Positions 11,956-24,240 of a DNA stretch of 64,000 bases are shown here, piece after piece. This DNA comes from Fimbriosthenelais zetlandica. Lineage: Eukaryota. Position numbers and translations under genes: made by a program. The DNA lies in contig OZ365118.1 of NCBI GenBank assembly GCA_977030845.1, forward strand, positions 17,422,001-17,486,000. Reading direction: 5' to 3'. Positions within the stretch are counted from its first letter, which is position 1, and each line of letters opens with the position of its first letter. The notes beneath the pieces are model-generated. The model saw only the letters and a program-made list of their open reading frames with translations, searched no databases and had not been told where the DNA came from.

Positions 11956-14612
11956 CACCAAGGTTCTACACCTTTCATCTAAATGATGAAAGTGAATAAC
12001 TGAAGAGTGATCTTGAAAATTAGGAGGATTAAAAATTAGCGCAGAGGAGAATGAGAGCATAGGAGAAATGTGAGAGGGAGAAAGTGCTTCAAGGTGAGAG
12101 ATGGAGAGAGAAGCAATCTAGGTTAGAAGGTGTGATAGGCAATAGATGGTTGTGAGTGGGAAGGCGATATATCGCGGCAAGGATAGAGCGATAATGTGAA
12201 ATAGGCTCGCCTTCTCCAGAAGTCATTCCATATTGGCAGTAAAGCAAGCCCTATCTTAACTACACTAACAGTGCGGCAGGGCGACCGACTGTGGCCGCAA
12301 GGGGCGAAGTGACTGGCAACCTTCATTAATCCAAAATTGGAAAGGAATACTTCCAAAATGATTACAGACGTCTTGCTGGCGAAGGACAATTAGGCACTTG
12401 TCTGGCCTTTTTTATTTGGTTTTCCAAGCGTGGAGTGGGCTGGCTGTTAATTGGTTCACTTTCCGTACCATTTAATCATCCTGTGTATTGTGCTGTTTTA
12501 TACACTTATAAATCGACGATCCATTTAGTGCCTGTTTTGCTGCGTTCTAGTTGCGGGTTTTTTGTCTTTCATTAGTTATTATTTTTGATGGATGTTTGTC
12601 TACACGTGTCTGAATGGAGTGCCCTAGTGTCGGTGTTAAAACACACTGTCGGGCTTCTCGTGCTCTACTCCATCAAGACTTCTAACGAGAAAATAGATTG
12701 AAGTGGTTAAAATATTGAACGACAGCCCCAACACTGTATCCCTCTTCACAATTGAAAGCTTTGTTGGTATACTTAGTTTTATGTGGAATATATGGAGCAG
12801 GAAAATGGCCAGCATTCTTTCGGAGAATGGCTCATTACTATGAAGGGCCCCAGCCACTAACCCTTGATGCTTACCAATATAGATGCCTATATATACCATT
12901 ATGCAAATTAGGAGCAGCGATGAGGGAATATTCCAAGTAGAGAGATCATGTAGGATATTTGCACACATATCGTTAGGGCTGATCAGCAGGGCCATAGACC
13001 AAAGCAATACATGAATGCAAATGGTCCTTTTAAATAGTGCCTGGCTCATAATGTTCAACTCGGTGTCTCCTTTGTCAGATCTATGCGATAATTAGCGAGG
13101 ACATTATTATTCCCAGATAGAGCAGCTAATCAAAGCTTGCTACACCAGTCATCATTTGTGCCCATACTGGTCGTTACCATTCCCTCCCAGCCTCCTACAG
13201 TGGGCCTCCATTTAAGCTCTTCACAGAGAAAGCAAAGCAGGAAAGCCGTGCCAGAAAAATGACCGATAAAGGCCAGGCGAAGCATAAATAAAAGAGGCTC
13301 CATAGGAATAAATACATAAAGCTATAAGGGGGTGGGTGGGTGGGAGGATATATACATGTGTATGTCAGGGATCAATAAGTAGCCAGTCTGTAGATCGACC
13401 ATCTGGATCAGTGCTCTGCTACAGACTGCCTCATCAATACAAATCATAATAACCACCCACCCCAACCCTCTCTATCTCCCCCCGCAATCTGGATCCCCAC
13501 TGAAGCCCCCAGCCACCCCTCCCTATATTAATAACACATTAGTAGCACCCCAGGGGCCCCAACAGGCAAGCAGGGCAAATTGTTTCATAGGGCCATGGGG
13601 AGGATTCATTTTGTAAAGTTGGGAATATTTATTTGCCAACTGTCAACGCTTCTGTTGTGGCGTCTGACAATGGTTCAGCAATCTTTCCTCATGGACTCAT
13701 AATTCAGTTGTGTTTATTTTTGCTGGGAAGGACACACATCGGGGAGAATGGTTATTCTGATCTCTTCGCTGCTCCCAACCATTGACAGATTGAGCTGAGA
13801 TGACGAGGTCAGGTTATAAACATCCATATTGTGGGTTGTAGGGGAGGGCAGCTTTTATGTAGGCATCTACTTGCATGTATTGTCATCTCATAATCCTCAG
13901 CCCATCAGCAATCGACTGGAAGGAGTCTGTAGAGAATCACTAAATCTCTAAGGAACATTTTCATGATCATTAATAATGATCGCATTCATTGCCTGAGAGG
14001 TTTTCGTACTGCCAAGGAAAACCTTCATATAAGATACAAAACATGTTATGTTAAGACAAACGAAAGTCCTGCATGGATCAGAAGTAAATGGGGAACAGAC
14101 CATAACATTATTGCTTATTGAAGTATTTCTTACTTCTTCCTAATTTATATTTAAGGTAATCGGGTTGCTTTGGTTAAAAATTCCACTTTACAATTTAATG
14201 TTCTCAGGTGGCTTGCTTTCCATCAACTACCATAGGAAACCTAAATGGCCGTAATTGCTTCATTTTCTATTTTTTAACCCAATAACCTTTTTTCCGTCAG
14301 AAAGATCTGAAGCAGGATGGATGATGGTGACATTTAGGTTGAGAGTCAGTCGCCGGGCCTTCTGCCACAGAGGAGCCGCAAGGTGTGCAATAATTTGTAA
14401 CGGGACTCTTGCTGTCTTCTCTTCGAGGAGATAGCAGGTCTGGGTGCAAGAATGGCAGTGAAGAATGGGTGCAAGAGGAGCGAAGCAATAACAGCTGCTT
14501 TGTACTTTAACATTTATGGAGGGAGAGCCATTTTCTGACCTATATCACACGGTCAAATGGTGTGGGATTACCTCCGCTATGGCATTCAAGAATATAGGGG
14601 AAGACAGGTGTT

Positions 14613-14698
14613 CTTGTTCTAGTATTCTTTGCTTTGTTAAGTTTCTCTGTTTAGTTTGGATGGTCTTGTTCTAGTATTCTCTGCTTAGTTTGGATGGT
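14613..14698. repeat. Imperfect local duplication
   Basis: tcttgttctagtattct...ttagtttggatgg occurs twice; the first copy carries an extra ~18 nt. Confidence 0.75.
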
Positions 14699-16329
14699 TT
14701 CTTTACCGAGAATGGCACAACATTGCAAGCCACTGGTCACCTTAGTGAGATGGTCACTTAGTAAGACCCCACTGTATGCGGAAAAAGAGCAATGCCTTGC
14801 AGTATTAGCGTACTGTGCAAGGCCAACATTCATTCTTCCTTCAGGAGCCTACAGGCAATGAGAGATTCATAAATAAAAGATAAAAAAAGCGGCAGACTTA
14901 GCCATGAGGGGTGCAACGAGACCGACCAGAGGCCGTGACAAATGGCTGGGAGGTGATGGAGGTGGTATGGGGTTGGCTAGAGGAGCCGGGATTATATATA
15001 TGTATGCATCATCCATACTTAGTCACCACTGACCTTTGTTCCATTCTGGTAATCGGATCCTTCTACAAAGTGACTATAAAGATTCATAGAAGCAAGATGA
15101 GGAGATAACTATACAAGGAAGGCTTGTATTCGAGGAAGGCTTTGGCTTTACAAAGCTTATACAACCCATATAAGAATTAAGCAGGATTTAACATCCTTAT
15201 TGATCATTAAGTTCATAGCAAAAGTCGTATATCTTCAGTGGCTCGATCTTGGTGAGAAGTCTGTTGTACAGACTTTTGTAGAGTGTTAGGGACAGAGTGA
15301 GACCTACATAGTGAGACCCCCCACGTTCAGCTGTTTCTAGTCTTATCTTCACACAACCATACAGTAGTCTCTCGTCCCTTCTGAATTCATCCGTTACAAC
15401 TGTACACATTGCAGTGGTGTGTTCACGTTGAAAAATCTAATGGTTGCAACTGCATACGGCAGACACATGGGCTTTAGGCTGGCCGCTGCAAATGACCTCC
15501 AACCCTTTTGTCTGTACAATTCCCATAGCAAGATAACACTTAAATTGCACCTTTGTAACACTGAACTTAATCATTTCCGTGAGTGTATGAGCATTTCATA
15601 TAATTCATATAGTCCTATAATTTCAAAAACTTAATGAACATCCAAGATGGTGGCGAGACTATAGTGGCTTGTAAATGGCTTCCTACATAGAGTTGAGCAA
15701 TATTAGAATGAATATGAAAAAGCTTAAATGGAGTGTATACAATGAATTTGTGATTACTATGCAAATGATGGTTGTATACATGTGGCATACAAATGGCGGG
15801 TGGAGATCAGTAGTAGGGAGTAAAACAGGGTCCGGGTGCTGCTAATGAACACTTGGCTAGCCTTGTGTCTGACTTTCATAGATAATAAGCCTTAAATGTT
15901 CTCAAGTCTATGTGAATATGAAAGTCTTCCAACCCATAAACCTCAGACGCTCGAGTAAAAATGGCTGGGAATTAAGCCGAAGATGCTAGCGTAATAAGAG
16001 ATGCTTAGTCAATATAATTGAACTTAAATAGTTCCTATCAAGAGATGGGGATGTGACATGGGTTGTGATTGGAGGGAGACATGAGTTCCATATTCATTCA
16101 TCATCATGATCTGAATCCCTGGCTGACTTGCAATGCTAGCCTCGAAGCCACACTGCGCACCGCTCGCAAATAAGTAAAAAGGGTTGACTTATGGAGCACA
16201 TATAATAATCATAAATTTTTACGGCTTGATGACAGAGCTAGTCGAGTGGCACTCTGGGTTCTTTGGTCCTCCGTCTTGTGGGAAAAACAAATAGGTAGTT
16301 AGAGTGGTTTTAGCTGGAGACCTTGTGAT

Positions 16330-16675
16330 TTATACAATATCACTAGCGACAGTCGACCCCGTGTAAAGGGCCTTCTCTAGGCTGCTCCCCTGTCTCGACT
16401 TGGGCTTACAATAATATCTAGCAGGGCCTGGGTACCAGGACAGATCTATGTCTGACAGGGGACCTGTGTATTCTCCGGCTTCCGGGATTTCCCCGATCCC
16501 CATTGGCTGTGGCCATGAGAAAAATGAGCCATAAATCAGTGTGGATGGACTGGTTTCCTGAATAATAGGGCCAATCGGGGCTGGTCTATGCGCGGCAGTG
16601 ATCATGTTACATATGCTCATTGGATTATGGGAGAATGTGGGGGTGGAAGCCCGGAGGTGTGGGTGGGGAACAGGC
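16330..16675 (-). CDS. Candidate terminal coding exon (114 codons plus stop), product unknown
   Basis: Long pyrimidine tract ending ...cccacctacctgtag|, then a phase-2 open frame PVPHPHLRASTPTF...WYPGPARYYCKP...ASDIV* that extends ORF 16330..16620. No domain recognised. Confidence 0.22.
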
Positions 16676-19600
16676 CTACAGGTAGGTGGGATACAGGTGT
16701 GGCGGAAGGGAATGGATGGGGAAACAGGGAGACGGATATTAATGGAGAGAAACAGAGCCCAATGAGTGATGAAGTGATATATTTATTTAATTATTAACTC
16801 ATATTAGCAGTTTACAGTAACCATGACTCTCCAGTATAGAGATTTTGAGTCACGGAAATCCAAAGGGAATGAAATAAGGCACATAACTGACCTGAAATCT
16901 CTAGACCTTCAATTAGGGTTAGCCGTGAACCCTTCAGTCGGTGAATGCTCAAACATGGCTCTCCGTTACATCAGGGAGAAGGGCCCCGTGTCTTTAAGAT
17001 GACTAATTGTCATTCCCTCAGTGTAGAAGCCTTTGTTGGGTCAGGTCTGGCTTGGCTGACCTTCTCCAAGGGAGCAGCTCACTTGTCAGCATGTGAGCAG
17101 GAGCAATGAGGAGGCAGCAAGCATAAAAACCAGCTCAACTGTCACCCTAACCCTCAGCTAGGGAGGAACAAAGCGTGCCGTGAATCATAACTAACATTCC
17201 TCCTGGACCGGCCACTTAGAAAAAAAACCTCTAAGACAGTGGAAGGATGCCAAATTCAATTTCTGTTTTTGTTGGATTTAAATTACCCTGCAGTTAGCTT
17301 TCAGTTTTAAAACGGAGGTTAACATTTTTTGGCCAAATTCAGCGGAAGGCAATAAAAGCTGCCGAATTGCTGCCAATTTTTCCTTTGAGCGTGCAAAGTG
17401 TTGGGTCGCATATCACAGTTTGATCAAATAATGAGGGAAATTACTTATGATGAAATGCCTTTTTACGACAATTTGATGGTGGAATAAAGGGAAGTTCTCA
17501 TATGCCAGTCTCCTTCCTGCACGAGACGCATTCAATAAACCTTGCACCACCCTTACTCGCCAAATCCATCCAATCTCACCGGCAACAAAACCCAACATCA
17601 TTATATGAGATAATTGAATGTCAACAGAGAGCAAACACCACTGCTTGTCAAATCTCCATCTTCCCTCTGACGGACGCTGTGATGTCACGTCCGGCATCTC
17701 GTCAGAGATCGATACCATGTAGCGAGAAGAAAAAACGCTGTGTCATGTTTCTTCGTAAACGGCATTAAGACGGTGGTGAAAGTGCTTCAACTCTTAAACA
17801 TCCACTAGTGGCTGGTGCCTAAAATTACCAACACCGCTAGGTGAAAGGTGGTCGGTCTTAGAGGGGCAAGATAGTAGACGGTCAATACTGGCGGAGGCTT
17901 GGCACCTTACCCAATTTACCATGAAGGGTGACATCTTAGGATGCCATGGCCAGGTTGCAGCGGAGCAGGCTTATATCAGGCCCCAGCGTCATCTCCCGCA
18001 CAGACGCTCTCCTCACCAGACCAAACGTTTTATCAAGTACTTATTGACGTTTTGTCGGCCGAAAATAAATGGCCTGAGGGAGAAGGGGCCAAAGTTTGGG
18101 AGCGATCTAAGAGCTTATACTTAATGTGAAATGGCTCAAAAAAGACAAGGGTAAAAATGAGGACAGGTAGAGTATGGAAAAGCTGTCTACAGGCTGTTAT
18201 TGGAAGTAAAGAGTGCCCCGGAGCATCTATTGCCATACTTGCCAATATAATGGAGTGCAATTAATATATCACTGCGCAATTCAACTCATTAATTCAGACA
18301 TTGCTTTTAATCATACAGACACAATGGCTCCATTTAGGTTTTTTATCCATTGCTTCTTTCATCACGGCTTGAAGCAAGTTTGTTTTCCATTTAGGGCCCA
18401 TACACAACACTGTAAGGTACTTAATCCTCTTTACAGCCTTTTCGTTCAAGATATTTTAATTGAAAATCATAGTTATAAATCAGTAGGTTGGTTTAATAAA
18501 GCATTAAACATCACAGCCTTGTCATAAATATTATCAATGCTTTTACAGAGTACCACCCTGGTCCAATTAGAAAAACCTTTCTACAAATCATTGCAAAACG
18601 GTTTTATGTTTCTCCTTTATAAGATGTTAAATTCTAACACCTTCTGAATAAGCAGCATGCAAACTAAGATTTTTAGGATGCCTGCAGCAATGGCCTTATT
18701 CTGTATTTGTATAAATTTGCATGTTGAGGCTGCTGCATACTGCCTTTGGTTCAGCAATAGGATTATTGCCGGGGCCCGTGCTTATGATGAGGAGGTCATA
18801 TTATCTCGGCACGAGCTGTATTGTCACCATATACAGAGAGAGAGAGGCAGCATTACATGGCCTCACATACACCCTGACAAGATGCTGACAGGTGTATACT
18901 GAATACAATTATCATCAGCCGCTCTTTGATATGTCAGACGCACAAAGCCAGGCAGATATGTGCATGCAAGATCATGTTACCCCTTATAGATGCCAGAATT
19001 CCAAATACACATGTATAAAACTGAAAAAAGACATAAATATGTATCTGGTCTGAATACAGGTGCATGGCAATTTGAGATGCTTAGGACAGGTAATTCACGC
19101 ATAAAGGAAGTGGGAAGGTGGATAAAGTCATTGATGTGTAAGGTCTATGATAAAGAAGATAAGAAACATCAGCAGCCAATATTGCCTGATGATGATATGA
19201 TGATTCATTTTCGATGTTATAATCATTTCTCTATTTATATTCACTGCAGGCAGGCCTCGGCCTCTTATTGAATCAGTGCACTCTGAGAGTATAAAACCTG
19301 CCCTACACACATTGTTCACGTGACGGCGTAAAGTAAATGTATACATTAATATCAAACAGTGGCGGGTCGGCGGGCCCAGCACGCGCCATGCTGCGATCGA
19401 AACATAGCAAACATCTGGCATTTCCTCATCAGCCATGGCTCTCATCACGCCTCATCTACTCCTTACACAACATCCTTTTTCCAATATTTCTCCTACAGTT
19501 GTTTTTCTCTTTCAATGTTTAGAAATATCAAATTCACATATTCAATTCCCACCAGCTTTACAATAAGAGTGTAGTCGTTTTTTACGTTGACTTTGAATTG

Positions 19601-21168
19601 ATGGCAACTCCTCATATGTTTGTGGGAAAAGATGGAAGGAGGGAGGTAGTGAAAAGTGAAGGGAGGAGTTTGTATCCTTTAATTTCGCTATGTAGAGATG
19701 ATTGGTAAGGTTTGGCAGCTTAATACTAGGCGTGGTGAGCATGTATATGGTAGGAGGTAGTTACTTGTGGGAAGAGTGGGCTGGAGATAGGGGCAGTAAT
19801 TACAAGGCTATGATCCAGTGTTTGCGTGCTGCTTGCTTCCGTTTTCACCGTGTTCCGCCTTGCCATGTTCGCATACATGGAGCAGGCTTCGTAATGAAAC
19901 AGACTGAAAAACATTCACGCACATTCACATTCAAGCCAAGCGTCTGCTATAGGGTGCTACTAGAGATCCCTGTGAGGATCTGGTGTGGGAGACATAATAA
20001 AGGTAAAGACAATGAGTGAAGAGTGCGCTTAAAGGAAACCATACACCAGACCTGAGAGCGTCTGTGAATCAAATCAGCAATCATTGCCTTTTTAAGGCAC
20101 CTAGATATTTTCTAGTTGGTAATCAATGAAACTTTTTAAAGATAACCAATATGACGACTGTGCCTTTTTCCGATGTGAAAAGCCTCATCAGGTTTTACTG
20201 TTAATGAATCCACACACTTCATCTAGGATGGACTCTCCTCCTCCTGCTATAGCAGCTTTAATTGCTCTGTATTTAGATGCAAACGATAACTAGATATAGC
20301 AGCGAGACATGCTACGGACTGCTTGTGCGCCTTTAAACGGTTTTCTCCTCATTCGTGTTGAATAGACATTATAAATAAAGAAAAAGTTGTGTTGGACGGG
20401 AACCAGGTCTGAAAGATATAAGATGATGCCTTTGCTACAGGCAATCAAAGGTCTGCCTTTCAGAGAAGAACAGTGTCATGTTAGAATCTGACACCTTAGC
20501 ACGGGATGATAAGAAACAGGACCTCCCTACCCTACAGCTATAGGGTAGTACATAATCTCGTCAAAAGGTAGAGAATTTCAAGAACAGCTTGAAGGGATGC
20601 ATAACTGCCATCGCCAGCAACATTCTTCCATGAGGGGTATGGTATATATAGTAGAAAACTCGCGTGAGAATACTTCATAAATGACTAATCAGCATGACGG
20701 ATGGAAAGAAGCTAGCTTTGTGAAATGGGTGCCAACAGGGATCCAGCTTAGCCTAGTAGGACTCCGGCAGTTGTGAATGTCAGATGAGGCCAGGGCTTGA
20801 CTCGGAGGTAACAGAGAGTCTATGCTTGGATTAGAGCAAGCATTAACACTCATCACTGTATGAGTTGCCATAAAAACAATGAGATGACAATGGATGACAA
20901 TAATGTGAGCCTGTATGGGTGTTATAATGAGGCAGCATCCAGCATGTGGCTATTGAATGTAGATGACACGGCGAGCTTGTTATCTCTAGTTATCTGACAT
21001 GCTGTCACAGACACAATATGGAGAGGCCCTATTAGCCGCAGTATTGTAACACTCGCCCGCCCACATTACCGCTTGTAACCCGAGCTCGCCAGGGTGAAGC
21101 ATGTGCCTCATAAACTGTAATAAATCGCCGCCTGCCCTCACTCCGCATTTATATCCGCCACAATCACC

Positions 21169-21225
21169 ATGGAGGGTATTATCAGGCCTCCGCTGCCTCT
21201 CACCGACTCCCACCGCTACCATCAC
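21169..21225 (+). CDS. Candidate first coding exon (MEGIIRPPLPLTDSHRYHH)
   Basis: Kozak-like caccATGg, 19 codons, then CAC|GTGAGT (phase 0). No downstream partner exon identified; CACGTG may simply be an E-box. Confidence 0.18.
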
Positions 21226-24177
21226 GTGAGTGATAGGCCTACTCTCTGGCTGGCCTCCGTGGGACAGATCCTCCCTACTTGCCTCTGTGTGACAGATGCT
21301 GTAAAGTCAAGTGCCCCAGAGACAGGAAGTATTTATCATGCTACATGCACCCACCCCTAGCGGCTCTATACCAGTATACCAAGGTTCCTCTTGGTTTGCG
21401 GTGTAAGGCCAATAAACTCAGTAGCAGGCATTCGTGTGTGAAGTTATACTAACACATTAAAGTCAGCTTTTTTAAGCATCTGCATTGACAGCTATTGACT
21501 CAGGCTCTTTTATGGTGATGTGACAGTAAATTTTCAATACTGTGTACAATGAAAGGAACTGTGTACAAACAATGACAGTGCTCAGTATCAAAGGAGTTAA
21601 GAGACATACAAACATCTGCAAGGTTGTGCAATCTGACTGATCCAATTAATATTCATGTGGCTTCATGATTTGAAAAATGGCGATCATTAGCATTAGATGC
21701 CAGGTGCATGACGTGTCCAGCTGAGTAATTTAGCAGGGCTTTTTGTGTGTATTTTGATCGATGGATAACTTAACCTTGGTAACTCCAGAACATCAGACAT
21801 GTCACGGACTTAATTCTTATGCATGTCATGATTCTCTTTGTGCAATTTCCACTCCCCACGGCCTCCTCCAGTGCCAGTTCCCTCTTACTCGTTCCTTTCC
21901 AGCTCCTCCCCTTCTCACACCTTTCAATCATCTGTCTGAGTTTATAGGGGATAGGTTTCATGAGCATTATTAGCATCCCACATCTGCTCCTCCTACGTCT
22001 CGACAAGTGCGCCCAATTCCTCTCCATCTTCTACTTCTTCCACTGGAGCAATGATGGAAAGACTTTACCAACTTTACCACCTTTGAATTTCAAATGAAAT
22101 TAGCAAACTTGAATTTCAATCCGTCTCTAGCAACATTTTTCTCTCTCACAGTCATCTACTGGCCTTTTTTTTACAATTCATCGTTTGTTCTCTCGCTTTG
22201 GGTGCAGTTTTATACTGCCTTTATATAAAACATAAAGCTGTTCCATCACAAACCTTGATCCAAATCCCTTACAGTTACAGTTACGTAGACATTTCCTCTT
22301 CCTCCCCTCCCTTTTTCTCCACTTACATATATAGATACCAGTTGCTATTCTTTGTAATCTATCACCTCACCTCTCTATCTCCCTCGCTCTACTTCTCACA
22401 TCATCACCCACCCACCGACCACCCCCTCCCCCTCACCCCTTTCTATGCACATCATGATATCCACAACTGCCTTCAGGTATAATCAAATAATACAGGAAGC
22501 GACCAGCCTTTGATGTCGCGACAGAAAGGCCGGGATCAGAATCAATAATGTCGACTGTCTATATTTTCTTACAAAGCTTTCTAGATTTTGTTTCCCTGGT
22601 TTGAATACACAGTTGGGAGCTGGGAGCGCGGAGTTTGCAGTGACACTGTTTCTTTGTGAGTGGAGGGTGGTTTATCAATATTGCTTGCCTAAGCGAGGTA
22701 TGGATGACTGGCCAATGAGACATCCCACCAATCGCTCTTATTACCTTCCCTCGTCGCCGTCGATAATCTTGCCTTTATCTATTCACAGTGCGCCTCGCAT
22801 GGACAGGCCTGTTTTCAACGACTGTATTTGGTTAGAAACAATCAAACATTTGAAAGATGTCTGTATTATTTCCACTCCAACTGGCAGCAGGAAGTCCATG
22901 TGCCCCTAATAAACATTTTTATAGCGGTTCGATCTCCGCCATGCCGGGCTAGGCCTGACAGTGATCTATGGACATTTGGTGAGTCCACACAAGCAGCCTA
23001 CCGAAATGCTTTTTATTTTTCAGAACTGGATTCAATCCAATGTCAGATTTTCTCCACATAAACACATTTCAGGATGGGAAGAGTCTTCCTGTGTATTCTC
23101 TCGAGGTGTTATCTTGTGATTTCTGTGAAACAACCACCAAGACTAACGGGTTGATGTACATGGCCATATCGAACCGTCCCAGACGCTATCTATTGACAGT
23201 TAGATCTATAGGACGTCTTATAAACTATTAAAGGCAGAATGCACTAAAGATTCAACAAAGCTTTGCACCATCAGTACAAAGACTTTGGGCACAAGTAGAA
23301 TTCATATCCTAAAATGCCAGACTAAGCTCTTTTGAAGCACCTGGAAGTACTGGAAGGGCCCAAGTCTCATTGCATTCAAACCCCTGTGAAAAATTATATC
23401 GCTAAAAGCATGATTGGAGGAATGTGCTTTTTGTTTGTGATCTACTCAGTGAAGTTTCACCGGATGTGAGTTGCCTATACACCAGGCGGACATATACATG
23501 TCGGGTGGGTGTGTATTTATGAAGTGGAATGAAAGCACGCTGTACATTTGTAGCCTCAGGGTGGCCATCATTTCTAACGTTATGCTTCTCTCTCTCTCTA
23601 CATGCACCGTTAGATACCTCTATACACGGCCACTGAGCCCCACTTCAGACCACGGGGCCCATTTTTCAGAGGGGAAAGGGTGGTGAATTCAGGGGAAAAA
23701 CCTTGGGGCATTGTAAGGATATATCACAAGCTTCAGTCCACCGCCCAGGCCTGGTAAATCACCCAAAAACCAGCGTCCAGAACTTGACCTGTGCTTTTTG
23801 TGTTTTGCCCGGACAACATAAAGTGCAAGAGTAGAAAGCCAGCTTTTTGCAGGTCATTCACTTGGTTGTGCCGGGTCCAGTTTTGCAAATATGGACTTTA
23901 GCCCTACGACATGTTATTCATCAGAATATGATTGCCTTTCGTGAATACAACCCACAAGAATCAATACATAATGGAAGACGAATGCATAGAGTGAGGAGTT
24001 GGCTCCAAGAACAAAGAGGGCCTGGAAAATATAGGGCCTTGATACAAAATTGATGGCACTGCAATGAGGTCAGGGGAAGAGTAATGAGAAGAGGGGCATG
24101 GAATCAGAGGAAGGAGGTGGAGGAGGAGAGGGATATAGGGCACTTCACAATCCACCACAGGTAATTTACCCCATTAC

Positions 24178-24240
24178 CTGATTTCTTCTTGCCAATACAG
24201 AGAGGAGTGCGTAGATGGCCTCTTGTACCTGAAGCATTAC
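24178..24240 (-). other. Candidate 63-nt symmetric exon
   Basis: Acceptor ccttttaaacctttatag| and donor CAG|GTAATG. Open as VMLQVQEAIYALLSVLARRNQ (phase 0-0) or xNASGTRGHLRTPLCIGKKKS (phase 1-1). Confidence 0.27.

Noticed and set aside
12000-12035. CTGAAGA-GTGATCTT-GAAA hammerhead-like core
   Set aside because: Stem I cannot form. Other CTGANGA occurrences checked on both strands lack a stem II-GAAA arrangement.
11563-12060. Longest ORF in the track (165 aa)
   Set aside because: It is a translation of the (CT)n microsatellite (SLSLSL...). The same applies to 1901..2239, 7305..7493, 51576..52028 and 57337..57636.
12636-13058. 140-aa hydrophobic ORF
   Set aside because: No recognisable motif; a few ORFs of this length are expected by chance across six frames of 64 kb.
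13384-13428. 10-bp inverted repeat CAGTCTGTAG/CTACAGACTG as a pre-miRNA
   Set aside because: The stem is too short with a large bulge; a few such repeats are expected by chance.
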